This document shows, piece after piece, positions 18,975 to 29,300 of a stretch of DNA of 63,169 bases. Within the stretch, counting starts at the first letter, position 1. Every line of letters starts with the position of its first letter. The position numbers were made by a program, and so were the translations under genes. Source of the DNA: a virus. Taxonomy: Duplodnaviria; Caudoviricetes. Under the pieces are notes generated by a model. The model saw nothing but the letters and a program-made list of their open reading frames with translations. It ran no database searches and was not told the DNA's origin. Where the stretch lies: positions 1-63,169 of IMG/VR virus record IMGVR_UViG_3300009184_000047. One strand, 5' to 3'.

Positions 18975-21545
18975 ATGCCATTACAAAAACTAACATATAG
19001 ACCAGGATTAAACCGTGAAGGAACCAACTATTCTAACGAAGGTGGTTTCTATGATGGTGATAAAATTCGTTTTAGATCTGGACAAGCTGAAAAGATTGGT
19101 GGATGGGTTCAGGTAGATTCAGACCAATATTTAGGATATGCTAAATCTTTATGGACATGGATTGATGTAGATGGACTGTCAAGCTACTTATCCCTTGGTA
19201 CAAACATTAAATACTATATATTTTTTGGTGGTTCTTATTATGACATTACGCCAATCTATAGAACAGATGGAACTGCTTTAGCAGCACCATACAACTTACC
19301 AGCAAGTCCATTAGCTACATCTAATGGATCTCCACTTGTTACTATTACAGACAATAATTACAATCCATCTGTAGGTGATTATGTAATCATTACAACTACA
19401 GCATCTGTAGGTGGATTAACTATTTCTGGTGAATATACAGTCACTGCTGTAACAAGCACTACAACATATCAAATTACTGCATCATCTAATGCATCCTCTA
19501 ATGCAACGGGTGGTGGTACAGTAGTTATTAAATATGAATATCCAATAGGAGCTTCATCAGCTATTCCAGGGTTGGGCTGGGGTGCTGGACCATACTCACT
19601 TACAATTCCAGTAGCATTAGGCGCAAATCCATTTCTAACCTCATCTAGTGGATCTACAGTCACAGTAACACAAACAGCTCATGGATTAAGTAACGGTAGT
19701 TATGTAGCCTTTTTAGGACCATCTACCAATACGCCTATATATTCAACGCCAGCATTTAATGGCATCCCAAAAGCAGCATTACAAGGTACATTTGTTATTA
19801 GTAATGTAGCTACTAATACATATGACATTAAGCTTCCAGAAGAACCAGCAGGCTCATTTACTATAGGACAAACCTATACTATTGCTACAGCAGGTACTAC
19901 AAGCTTTACAGCGATTGGTGCCGCTAATAATACACCTGGTACAGTATTTACAGCTACGGGTCGTGGATCTGGTACAGGCACTGCTTATATTACAGCTACA
20001 TCAGCTAGCTCTGGTGGTGGTTCTGGTATTGTAGCCTACCCACAATATGGTTCACGTGGATGGGGTACAGCAGCATCTACAGGTATTTCTGGCTCTATTA
20101 GACTCTGGTCAAACGATAACTATGGTGCAGACCTTGTGATTGCTCCTCGTGGTGGTCCTATTTATTATTGGCAAGATAGTTTAGGTGTTTCAGTAAGGGC
20201 ATCTAGTGTAGCTACATTAGCTAATGCAGCACAGTTAGCATCAAGCACAGCTACATTTGCAGGTAGTGCATCTACTATTACAGTTATTAATCCAAATAAT
20301 ATTCTGCCATATTCTTATATCACTGGAACAAATATTGCATCTGGAACTTACGTTACTAGCGCCTATGTGCCAGGATCAACATCAGTTCCGCTTTCAGCAG
20401 CAACTACTGGAGCTAATGATGCTAACGCTTATTCATTTTCATACGCAGGTTCATTTGTACCTAACTCAACTAATCAAGTTATTACATCATCTATCCAACA
20501 GTTTATTATTGCATTAGGTGCTAACTCATATAATCCAACTAATCCAAGTACTGCATTCAATCCAATGTTAGTACGTTGGTCAGATCAAGCAAATCCATAT
20601 CAATGGGTGCCACAAGTCACTAATCAGTCTGGTGAATATGCGCTTACTAATGGCTCATATATTATGTGTGGTACAGCTACACGCCAAGAAATTTTAATAT
20701 GGACTAATTCATGTCTATATTCAATGCAATATGTAGGCTATCCATATGTATGGAGTTTCCAAGTATTAATGGATAATATATCTATTATTTCGCCTAACTC
20801 TGCTGTTACAGTTAATAATGTAACTTATTGGATGGGTAAAGATAAGTTCTACATGTACACTGGTGTGGTCCAAACCTTACCATGTTCATTAAGACAATAT
20901 GTATTTAATGACTTAAATGAAGATCAAGCATTCCAAATATTCTGTGGATCCAATGAAGCATTTAACGAGGTTTGGTGGTTTTATTGTTCATCAGACTCAA
21001 CGGTTATAGACAAATATGTCATATATAACTATTTAGATAAAGTATGGTCATATGGAACAATGGGAAGAACAGCATGGTTGCAATATGGTATTAACCCATA
21101 TCCAGTTGCAGCAGATTATAATTCAAGACTTTTATATCATGAGGTAGGAACAGATGATGTTGCAACAGCAAGCCCACAACCTATTGACGCATACGTACAA
21201 TCTTCTGACTTTGGCATTGAGGCTGGTGATCATCTTGGCTTTGTATGGCGTGTGTTGCCTGACGTCAATTTCAATGGCTCAACCATTAATAATCCAAGCG
21301 TTACTATGACGCTTTATAGTAAACAAAACTCTGGCGCAACACCAATTCAAGGTGATATTGATACTGTTACAAGCGGACAAAACTATACATCAACGCATCA
21401 ATATACAGTACAAACATTTAGTGGACAAGTATATACTAGAGTGCGTGGAAGACAATTAAGCTTTAAAATACAATCTACTGGATTAGGCACAGCTTGGCAA
21501 CTTGGCATTCCTCGTATAGATGTTAAACCAGATGGAAGAAGATAA
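18975..21545 (+). CDS. Tail nozzle / tubular protein B-like (DNA stabilisation) protein
   Basis: 856-aa beta-propeller-like sequence (KIGGW, VRWSDQ, FNEVWWFY) located before the ejection genes. Confidence 0.65.
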   Translation: MPLQKLTYRPGLNREGTNYSNEGGFYDGDKIRFRSGQAEKIGGWVQVDSDQYLGYAKSLWTWIDVDGLSSYLSLGTNIKYYIFFGGSYYDITPIYRTDGTALAAPYNLPASPLATSNGSPLVTITDNNYNPSVGDYVIITTTASVGGLTISGEYTVTAVTSTTTYQITASSNASSNATGGGTVVIKYEYPIGASSAIPGLGWGAGPYSLTIPVALGANPFLTSSSGSTVTVTQTAHGLSNGSYVAFLGPSTNTPIYSTPAFNGIPKAALQGTFVISNVATNTYDIKLPEEPAGSFTIGQTYTIATAGTTSFTAIGAANNTPGTVFTATGRGSGTGTAYITATSASSGGGSGIVAYPQYGSRGWGTAASTGISGSIRLWSNDNYGADLVIAPRGGPIYYWQDSLGVSVRASSVATLANAAQLASSTATFAGSASTITVINPNNILPYSYITGTNIASGTYVTSAYVPGSTSVPLSAATTGANDANAYSFSYAGSFVPNSTNQVITSSIQQFIIALGANSYNPTNPSTAFNPMLVRWSDQANPYQWVPQVTNQSGEYALTNGSYIMCGTATRQEILIWTNSCLYSMQYVGYPYVWSFQVLMDNISIISPNSAVTVNNVTYWMGKDKFYMYTGVVQTLPCSLRQYVFNDLNEDQAFQIFCGSNEAFNEVWWFYCSSDSTVIDKYVIYNYLDKVWSYGTMGRTAWLQYGINPYPVAADYNSRLLYHEVGTDDVATASPQPIDAYVQSSDFGIEAGDHLGFVWRVLPDVNFNGSTINNPSVTMTLYSKQNSGATPIQGDIDTVTSGQNYTSTHQYTVQTFSGQVYTRVRGRQLSFKIQSTGLGTAWQLGIPRIDVKPDGRR

Positions 21546-21739
21546 TGGCAGATACCACCACCAATATATTATTACCTACTAAAGCACCTAATCTCCCAAT
21601 TAGTGCAACTGAGTATAGTCAACAATATCAAGATCAATTGATGAATGCATTAAGACTTTACTTTAACCAATTGGATAACTTTTCAAGTCAAACCATCGGT
21701 GTAGATAATAGTCAATCTGTTATGATTTGGATGGGATAA
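21545..21739 (+). CDS. Small tail-associated protein
   Basis: APNLP...LRLYFNQLD; coupled start. Confidence 0.65.
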   Translation: MADTTTNILLPTKAPNLPISATEYSQQYQDQLMNALRLYFNQLDNFSSQTIGVDNSQSVMIWMG

Positions 21740-21742
21740 TAC

Positions 21743-22081
21743 ATGTCTAATTATCAAGCTATTACCCAAGCAAAATTAGGACAAATAGTTCTAACTGCTA
21801 CTATTAACACAGTATATACATGCCCTGTAAATACAAGAACATTTATTAAAGATATTAATATATGCAATACCACAGGAGCCGCTATTACAGTTAATGTTCA
21901 TTTAGTGCCATCTGGTGGTACAGCCGACACTACAAATGCTTTAGTTTATGGATATTCTATAGCAGCTAATTCTTATTGGCAAAGAACTGGGTCACAGATC
22001 ATGAATGCTGGAGATACCATACAAGCCAAAGCTTCTACAACGGGTACAACCATTACAATTAGTGGTGGAGAAGGTGTGTAA
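21743..22081 (+). CDS. Small beta-sandwich virion protein
   Basis: 112 aa beta-rich in-operon ORF. Confidence 0.65.
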   Translation: MSNYQAITQAKLGQIVLTATINTVYTCPVNTRTFIKDINICNTTGAAITVNVHLVPSGGTADTTNALVYGYSIAANSYWQRTGSQIMNAGDTIQAKASTTGTTITISGGEGV

Positions 22082-22127
22082 ATATGGTAAAATACATGAA
22101 AATAACTCTATTTAAAGCGAGTCCATT

Positions 22128-23690
22128 ATGAGCTTAGTCTTAGCCGCCAAACATCTAGAATCCCATGGTCGCCATGGAGATACTGAATTAGTTCACATGT
22201 CTAAAGGCGAAGTGAAAGCACTTCGTGGTTTAGCACAAATTCATGGTGGTGATCTAACAATCAACCCTAAAACGGGTCTTCCAGAAGCTGGTTTCTTAAG
22301 TTCAATTCTTCCAACTGTATTAGGTGTTGCTGGTGCCGCAATGGGCATTCCTACACCGCTACTTATTGGTGGTATTGGATTAGCAACTGCAGCTCTTACT
22401 GGAGACTTAGGCCAAGGTATTATGGCTGGATTGGGAGCTTGGTCAGGTGGTAAATTAGGTGCAGATATTGCTGAAGCCTCTACATTAGCACAAACAGGTG
22501 CAGATGTTGGCACTAAAGCTTTTGAAGCTACTGCTGATTCAGCACTTAAAACTACTATGGAACCATTCTCAGAAACATTAGGCAGAGGATTTACAGTTGA
22601 TCCAACTAAAGAATTTCTTGGTCAATCATTTACACCATCAAGTGTTTCAGGTATTGCAGATCAAGCAAAATCATTTGTTCCTAATATTTCTACTGGCGTA
22701 ACAGGATTTCCACAAGGAACAGCTGCTCCATCATTTTCATCTGCACCTTCTGCATGGGAAAATTTTAAATCTGGCGCTACATATGCAAAAGAAAATCCAA
22801 TAGATTTCTTATCTAGACCTGGAGTAGGTTTGAATACAGCAATGGCTGTATCACCAGCAATATTATCTGCTATGGAACCAAACTATAATACAGCCCCTAA
22901 AGCTGCTGAAGATCAAAATCCATTTGGCTTTAAAAAGCTTTCACCAGACTTTAAAGGCACTTTTGGAATACGACCAAGCCCATATTACCAAGCTCAGTAT
23001 ACAGATTACACAAAAAATCCTTATATTCCTAAAATGTTAACTTCAGCAGGCGGTGGATTACAAACAACTCATTATGCAAATAGAGGTTTAGTTCAATATG
23101 GATTAGGTTTATTAGACCAAGAACAAAAACCAGCGCCTATTACACCTACAGATCCTGGAGCTGCATACAGTCCAGCATACAATGCGCTTGGTCTATCTCC
23201 GTATGAAAAAGATACTGAAAATATGTCTTCAGATAAGATGGCACAATCAATATTAAAACAAGCTAAAGCTTTAGGTAAAATGGCATCTAGAGCATCTGTA
23301 ATGATGCCAGATCCAGCTAAAACAGCAATCGCTTCTATTCAAAGTGATGGTCAAACACCATCAGCAAAAGAAGGTGGCCTGCAAGGTTACGCTTTAGGCG
23401 GATTAAGTCTTGGACATTTAGGAGGATACTCAGATGGTGGTAGATTACTTAAGGGACCTGGCGATGGCGTTTCTGACTCTATACCAGCCTCTATCGGTCA
23501 TAAGCAGCCAGCAAGATTGGCTGAAGGCGAGTTTGTTATCCCAGCTAGAATTGTTTCAGAATTAGGAAATGGTTCAACAGATGCTGGAGCTAAAAGACTT
23601 TATGCAATGATGGATCGCATCAAAGCTAAACGTAGAAAATCAAAAGACATAGCAGCAGATACTAAGACGTACAATTACTTACCTGCGTAA
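22128..23690 (+). CDS. Putative ejection / internal virion protein
   Basis: GRHGDTELVHM...TINPKTGLPE leader, hydrophobic Gly/Ala segment, C-terminal GPGDGVSDSIPA...LAEGEFVIPA domain. Confidence 0.65.
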   Translation: MSLVLAAKHLESHGRHGDTELVHMSKGEVKALRGLAQIHGGDLTINPKTGLPEAGFLSSILPTVLGVAGAAMGIPTPLLIGGIGLATAALTGDLGQGIMAGLGAWSGGKLGADIAEASTLAQTGADVGTKAFEATADSALKTTMEPFSETLGRGFTVDPTKEFLGQSFTPSSVSGIADQAKSFVPNISTGVTGFPQGTAAPSFSSAPSAWENFKSGATYAKENPIDFLSRPGVGLNTAMAVSPAILSAMEPNYNTAPKAAEDQNPFGFKKLSPDFKGTFGIRPSPYYQAQYTDYTKNPYIPKMLTSAGGGLQTTHYANRGLVQYGLGLLDQEQKPAPITPTDPGAAYSPAYNALGLSPYEKDTENMSSDKMAQSILKQAKALGKMASRASVMMPDPAKTAIASIQSDGQTPSAKEGGLQGYALGGLSLGHLGGYSDGGRLLKGPGDGVSDSIPASIGHKQPARLAEGEFVIPARIVSELGNGSTDAGAKRLYAMMDRIKAKRRKSKDIAADTKTYNYLPA

Positions 23691-24109
23691 TGGAAATCTC
23701 TTTAGTTCCTAGAGAATATATAGATCATGCATGGCCTCAAATACAGGCTTATGCAGAAAAATGCGCTAAATACACTTACGGCAGATACACTGCTGAGGAT
23801 ATGAGGCATGGAGTTTTAACCAACCCAGCACAACAATTATGGGTTGCGTTTGATGAAAGAGGTATGGTTGGATTTTGGATTACTGAAATCTATGACTATC
23901 CTCAAAAAAGAGTTCTAATGTTGCATTTTGTAGGTGGAAAAGATTTTCACAGTTGGAGAGTCGTTGGATTCCCAATATTATTAAAGTTTTGTAAAGAACA
24001 TGGTTGTGAAGTTATGGAGTCTTATGGCAGGCCTGGCTGGAAGAAATTCTGGGAAGCTGAAGGTTATAAGGCACGTTTTGTATTTTATGAATTACCAGTG
24101 GACAATTAA
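23690..24109 (+). CDS. GNAT-fold-like virion assembly protein
   Basis: YPQKRVLMLHFVGG...GC...GRPGW; position next to ejection genes. Confidence 0.6.
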   Translation: MEISLVPREYIDHAWPQIQAYAEKCAKYTYGRYTAEDMRHGVLTNPAQQLWVAFDERGMVGFWITEIYDYPQKRVLMLHFVGGKDFHSWRVVGFPILLKFCKEHGCEVMESYGRPGWKKFWEAEGYKARFVFYELPVDN

Positions 24110-24111
24110 AT

Positions 24112-26340
24112 ATGTTTAACAATAAATTTAGAATAGGTGTATTACAACATCCTGGATATCACAAGGGTAAAGGTGGTGGGGGTGGATCTGCTGCGCCAAC
24201 TACAAGCACATCTTATTCTACCAATGTTCCAGAATATGCACGTCCTTATGTAGAGAACATGCTTAATGCAGCACAGTCTCAAATCTATACGCCTGACATG
24301 GCAGGATTTAATCCTTATACACCTTACAGTAGCAATCCTACAGACTATATAGCTGGCTTCTCTCCAATGCAAGAGCAAGCATTCACTACAGCTGCTGGCA
24401 TGAGAGTGCCTGGTCAATACGGAACAGCGACTCTAGGAACTTTAGGTGGTATGGCTGGCCTAGCTGGTGTTGAATCTGGCATGGGTAATGTAGGTTCAAA
24501 CTATGCACGTATGGCTACAAGCCCATATGCTATGTCAGCATATATGAATCCATATGTTAATGCAGCCTTAGCTCCAGAACTTCAATTAGCTAACCAACAA
24601 TACGATATAGCTGGTCAAAAACAACAAAGTCAAGCAGCACAACAAGGTGCATTTGGTGGTAGTCGTGAAGCGCTTATGGGTGGTTTAAACAGACAAAATC
24701 AAATGTTAGCTCAAAACCAATTGATTGGTCAGGGTTATAACAAAGCTTTTGATGCAGCACAACAAGCACAACAATTTGGTGCCAACTTAGGCCTTCAAGG
24801 TTTACAAGGTCAGCTTGCAACTAACCAAGCATTCTTAGGTGGTGCAAATCAATTAGCTGGTATTGGTGGCGCACAACTTGGCGCACAACAAGGTATTGCT
24901 AACTTACAAAATCAATTTGGTCAACAACAGCAAGGCCAACAACAAAATGTTATCAATCAAGCAGTTCAGGATTACGCAACTGCTCAACAGTATCCGTTCA
25001 TGCAATTGGGTCTGCTCAACTCTATGTTGCGTGGTCTTCCAATGCAACAATCTTCTACACAGATGTATCAAGCAGCTCCAAATCCAATATCACAAATTGC
25101 TGGTCTTGGTTCTGCAGCTTATGGTTTATTTGGCGGTGGTGGCAAAAAAGATGGTGGAGTCATTAAAGCAGCTGGCGGCATTCCTATGTCACACTTTAAT
25201 AAAGAACAATTAGATAAAGTACAACAAAGCCCATACTCAACACCTTTAGCTAAAATGGTAGCTAATGGAGAGTTAGGTATAGATAATTATATTAGAGCTA
25301 ATCCAGAAGCTAAAAGTTTATTTGCACAGAATATGCAACAACTTCCACAAACGCCTCCTACCCCTATGCAAACAGCTATGATGCCACAAACTAGAGCTGG
25401 TTTAGATAACATTGGCACTGGTGAAATGACTCAAATGGCAGGTGGTGGTTTACTAGCATTCGTAGGTGGTGGTGATACATCCTATGATGGTGTCAATCTA
25501 CCAACTCCAGGCCCAACAACCGGCATGGGAATGGATCCAATGAAAGCAGATGCTGAAACATTAATTAGACAAGAGTTATTATCTTCAAGGCCTGAAAGTG
25601 AAGCCGCTCAAAAACAAAGAGAAGCTTTAGAAGCAAGTATTGCAAAAAGTGAAAAATCTAGAGGCTCAGATAAATGGACAATGTTAGGTCTTAATTTAAT
25701 GGCTCAAACAGGTCCGTTTGCATTAACTAATTTTGGTAACGCTGGATTAAGCACTCTTAAATATATTTCAGAACAAGAAGATCTTACTGATAAAGATCGT
25801 AAAGAACTTCTTAAATTTGCAGTTGAGCAAGATAAGAACAAGCTTACACGTGATGATATGTTACGTACAGGGCTTCTCACAGCTGAAACAAATAAAGCCA
25901 TGAAAGAATTGACAGCATCAAATGAAAGACGTAGAAATCAAGATGCATCAGATATTAAGAATGAGCAATTGCTTCAAAAGTATACTGCTGATTTTGGCTC
26001 TAAGCTTGATGCTGAAGAGAAAAGAATACTTGCAGCTGCTAAATACTCAGGTTATACTCCTGAATATATACGTGCATTAGCTTACAATAATGTGGTTTCT
26101 ATGTCACCACAAAAAATGCTAGATCTTCTTGGTAAGCAACCTATACCTAAAGATCAAATGCCACCCCCTAAACCAATAAGAGCGCCAGAACCTCCTGGCT
26201 TTGGTACAAGAGCTGCAGATTATTTTTTTGGTGATAAACAAGCACCAGCAGCAGCGCCTGCCGGACCAAAAACAGGTGATACAAAGGTTATTGGTGGCGT
26301 AACATATGGATATGACGGCAAAGGCTGGCTGCCACAATAA
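24112..26340 (+). CDS. Putative ejection (DNA transfer) protein
   Basis: Gln/Ala/Gly-rich, GAFGGSR motif, coiled-coil segments. Confidence 0.65.
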   Translation: MFNNKFRIGVLQHPGYHKGKGGGGGSAAPTTSTSYSTNVPEYARPYVENMLNAAQSQIYTPDMAGFNPYTPYSSNPTDYIAGFSPMQEQAFTTAAGMRVPGQYGTATLGTLGGMAGLAGVESGMGNVGSNYARMATSPYAMSAYMNPYVNAALAPELQLANQQYDIAGQKQQSQAAQQGAFGGSREALMGGLNRQNQMLAQNQLIGQGYNKAFDAAQQAQQFGANLGLQGLQGQLATNQAFLGGANQLAGIGGAQLGAQQGIANLQNQFGQQQQGQQQNVINQAVQDYATAQQYPFMQLGLLNSMLRGLPMQQSSTQMYQAAPNPISQIAGLGSAAYGLFGGGGKKDGGVIKAAGGIPMSHFNKEQLDKVQQSPYSTPLAKMVANGELGIDNYIRANPEAKSLFAQNMQQLPQTPPTPMQTAMMPQTRAGLDNIGTGEMTQMAGGGLLAFVGGGDTSYDGVNLPTPGPTTGMGMDPMKADAETLIRQELLSSRPESEAAQKQREALEASIAKSEKSRGSDKWTMLGLNLMAQTGPFALTNFGNAGLSTLKYISEQEDLTDKDRKELLKFAVEQDKNKLTRDDMLRTGLLTAETNKAMKELTASNERRRNQDASDIKNEQLLQKYTADFGSKLDAEEKRILAAAKYSGYTPEYIRALAYNNVVSMSPQKMLDLLGKQPIPKDQMPPPKPIRAPEPPGFGTRAADYFFGDKQAPAAAPAGPKTGDTKVIGGVTYGYDGKGWLPQ

Positions 26341-26347
26341 TAAATAA

Positions 26348-29300
26348 ATGGCTAACATTACTCCAACAGTTAATGTTACACCCGAAGAGCAACCAAAGTA
26401 CGTAACAGATCCAGAATTACTTAAAGAGCTTAATTCGGTTGGAACACCCAAGTCAAGTGCCGCAGGGTACGTGACAGATCCTGAGCTGTTAAATCAGCTC
26501 AACGCCCCTGCTCAACCTAAAATTCAACAGCAATCTTTAATTACGCCAGAAATGCTTCAGGGCAAAGCCGAAGCTCCAGGCAATACAAGTCTTGCAGATT
26601 TCCTAGTACACCCTATTGATACACTCACTGGCAAAGATAAGGTTAGCGATCAAAGCTTAAATGATCTTGTAACGGGACAAGAACTACCTGGTGGCAGTCA
26701 TCCTTTCTTAGCATCTACCGCTAAGGGCATTATGAACTTTAAGTCCATGGTGAATGATCAATTCATATCAGAAATTCTTCCACTAATAGAAGATCATAAG
26801 AGACAATATGGCCTTAACTATGAAAAAGCCACCCCAGAACAACGTAAAGACTTCTTAAACTCTGAGGCTGAACTAGCTACACATCTTAATAAACAAGCGC
26901 AATATAATAAAGATGTTGAGGCTGTGACTAAAAAGTATGGCACAGATGACTTCTCTAAAAAGGCAGATAGCTTATATTCTAAGCCTGAATTTCAAGAAGC
27001 ATCTCCGTTAAAACAATTTCAAATGTATGGTAATTTAGTCTTATCTCACCCTGCAGACTTGCCAGCACATATTGCTACAGTATCCCTAGAAAGTTTACCA
27101 ACGTCATTAACTTCTATTGTTGCCGCAACTATGGCAAACTTTATGAAGTTAGGCCCATCAGGAGCTGCTTATGCAGGTGGTGCAGCATCAGGTGCAACTG
27201 AGTTTGCTACAGAATATGTAGACTTAAGACAACAAGGTAAGTCCCATGAAGAGGCTACCATGCAAGCCGGTGTTAAATCTACTCTAATAGGTAATATGGA
27301 TGCTAGATCCTTTGATTCAGCTGGTAAAGCTCTAGATAGAATCATGGGCCAAGTAGACAAAGGTATTGTAAAACGTGTATTAAGTACTGCTAAAGAGACT
27401 GCCAAAGAATTAAATAAACAAGGTATGTATGGTGCAGCGGGTGAAGTATTAGGTTCAATTGCCAGCGGACAAAAGGTAGATCCTAGAGCAGCGCTAGACG
27501 AATACTTTGGTGAGCTTGCTACAGGTCCATTAGAAGCATTAACTACCTATCGTGGCAAGTTAGCAGAAGAACAAGCTGCAGGCGCACCACCAGCACCACC
27601 AGGTACTCCACCACCAGGAGGAGGCGCACCACCAACACCAGGTGCTATTAGTGATACTGAGTTTGATGTTGCAGATATTCCTGGCACACCACCAACTACA
27701 CCACCACCAGCTACGCCAGCAGTAGAACCTGAAAAAACTCTTGAAACTAACCAGGCCTTACCTATTGTTCCAGAACTACAATCTAAAGTAGATGAATATT
27801 CTGAGTTATTAAAAAAATACGATCCAGTTGCATATACTCATATGATGGCTGATATAAATAATGGTCTTATTCAATCAGAAGATAGTTTAAAAGAGTATAA
27901 AAGATCATATGATGAGATTGTAAAAGCAAGACAAAAACGTGCAGAACTAGAACAAGAAAAAAATGATTTGGCTAAAGATTTAATAGCTACAGACTATGGA
28001 AGATCATTAAATATAAAATGGGATAAAGGTGAAATTAAAACATTAGAAGATCTTCAGCCATTTAGAGATCTAGTTAGAGAAAAAGCAACTAGAAATGTAT
28101 TAAAAGCTCAAATGGCGCCTAAGTCAATAGAAGATAAAGCCGTTGAAAAAGAAGCTAGGGAATTACAATCTGAAATTTCAAAATACAATCCATCATTTGC
28201 AGAAGGAATGAAATCTGCAATTGATAAAGGATCTGTTCAAACCAGCGAAGATTTAGATTTTTATAAACGTAGATTACAAGAGTATAAAACTAGATCTGGA
28301 GAAGAAAAATCTACAATTAAAGAAACTTATGGTTGGAAATCTTTTTATGATGATGAAGCAGAACTTGCTGATAAAGAAAAAACATTAGCCAATGCACCAC
28401 AATCTATAAAAGACAAAGTAGCAAAAGCAGATCAACTTATACAAAAAATAGCTGATAAAGTAAATGAAGCTGGTTATTCTATGGTTTTTTCAGGGGAAGC
28501 ACCAGATAATATTAGAAATCTTCAACGTAGAGCATCTGGCATATCGGGAACTATAGCAGCAGTTCTTAACAAATCTAAAGCAATTCAAAAAAATTATAAG
28601 AGAGCTAATCCAGAAAGGCTTGATCAAAGATTGTCTGATCTTGAAGAAGAAGCTCAAGGTAGTGTAAGTGATTTAAATCAAGTAGATGTTACATCTATGA
28701 AACTTAATAAGTTGCTTGACGCTGAAATAAAAACTGCAACTCAAGAAGGCCGTGGTCAGGATATACTTGATAAATTAAGTGAAGATAATATAACACCCAA
28801 GAGTGTTGCCAACAAATTCTGGGATGAAACTTACTTTAAGTTGCCAGCAGAAACTCAATCATATTTTAGAAAATATCTAAATAAACTTACAAGCTTTAAA
28901 CCTGGAAGCGTATTAGCTGTAGATAGAGAAGGTAATAGTGTTATTGCTAAAGACTGGATTGAAGTTGGAAAAGATCATGCTATTGATTTAGGTAATGACG
29001 CAGAAAAATTAGAAGGCACAGAACGTGGTTATGTAGCTTTAATGGATGAAGCCAATAGAAGAATGGCAGAGAAAAAAGAAGCTCAACCAAAGATTGCTGC
29101 ATTAAAAGTTGCAATTGATGATTATGTAACATTTAAAGAGCCTGTTATTCAATACAAAGGTAATCAGCCATTTAAAGCAGAAAAAACTATACGTGGCAGA
29201 GTTGTATCAATTAAACCTAATGGCGACTTGGAATTAAAAAGTATTGAAGGTTATTATACAAAACCAGTATCTGAAGTTACAGCAGAACAAAAAGAAGTTA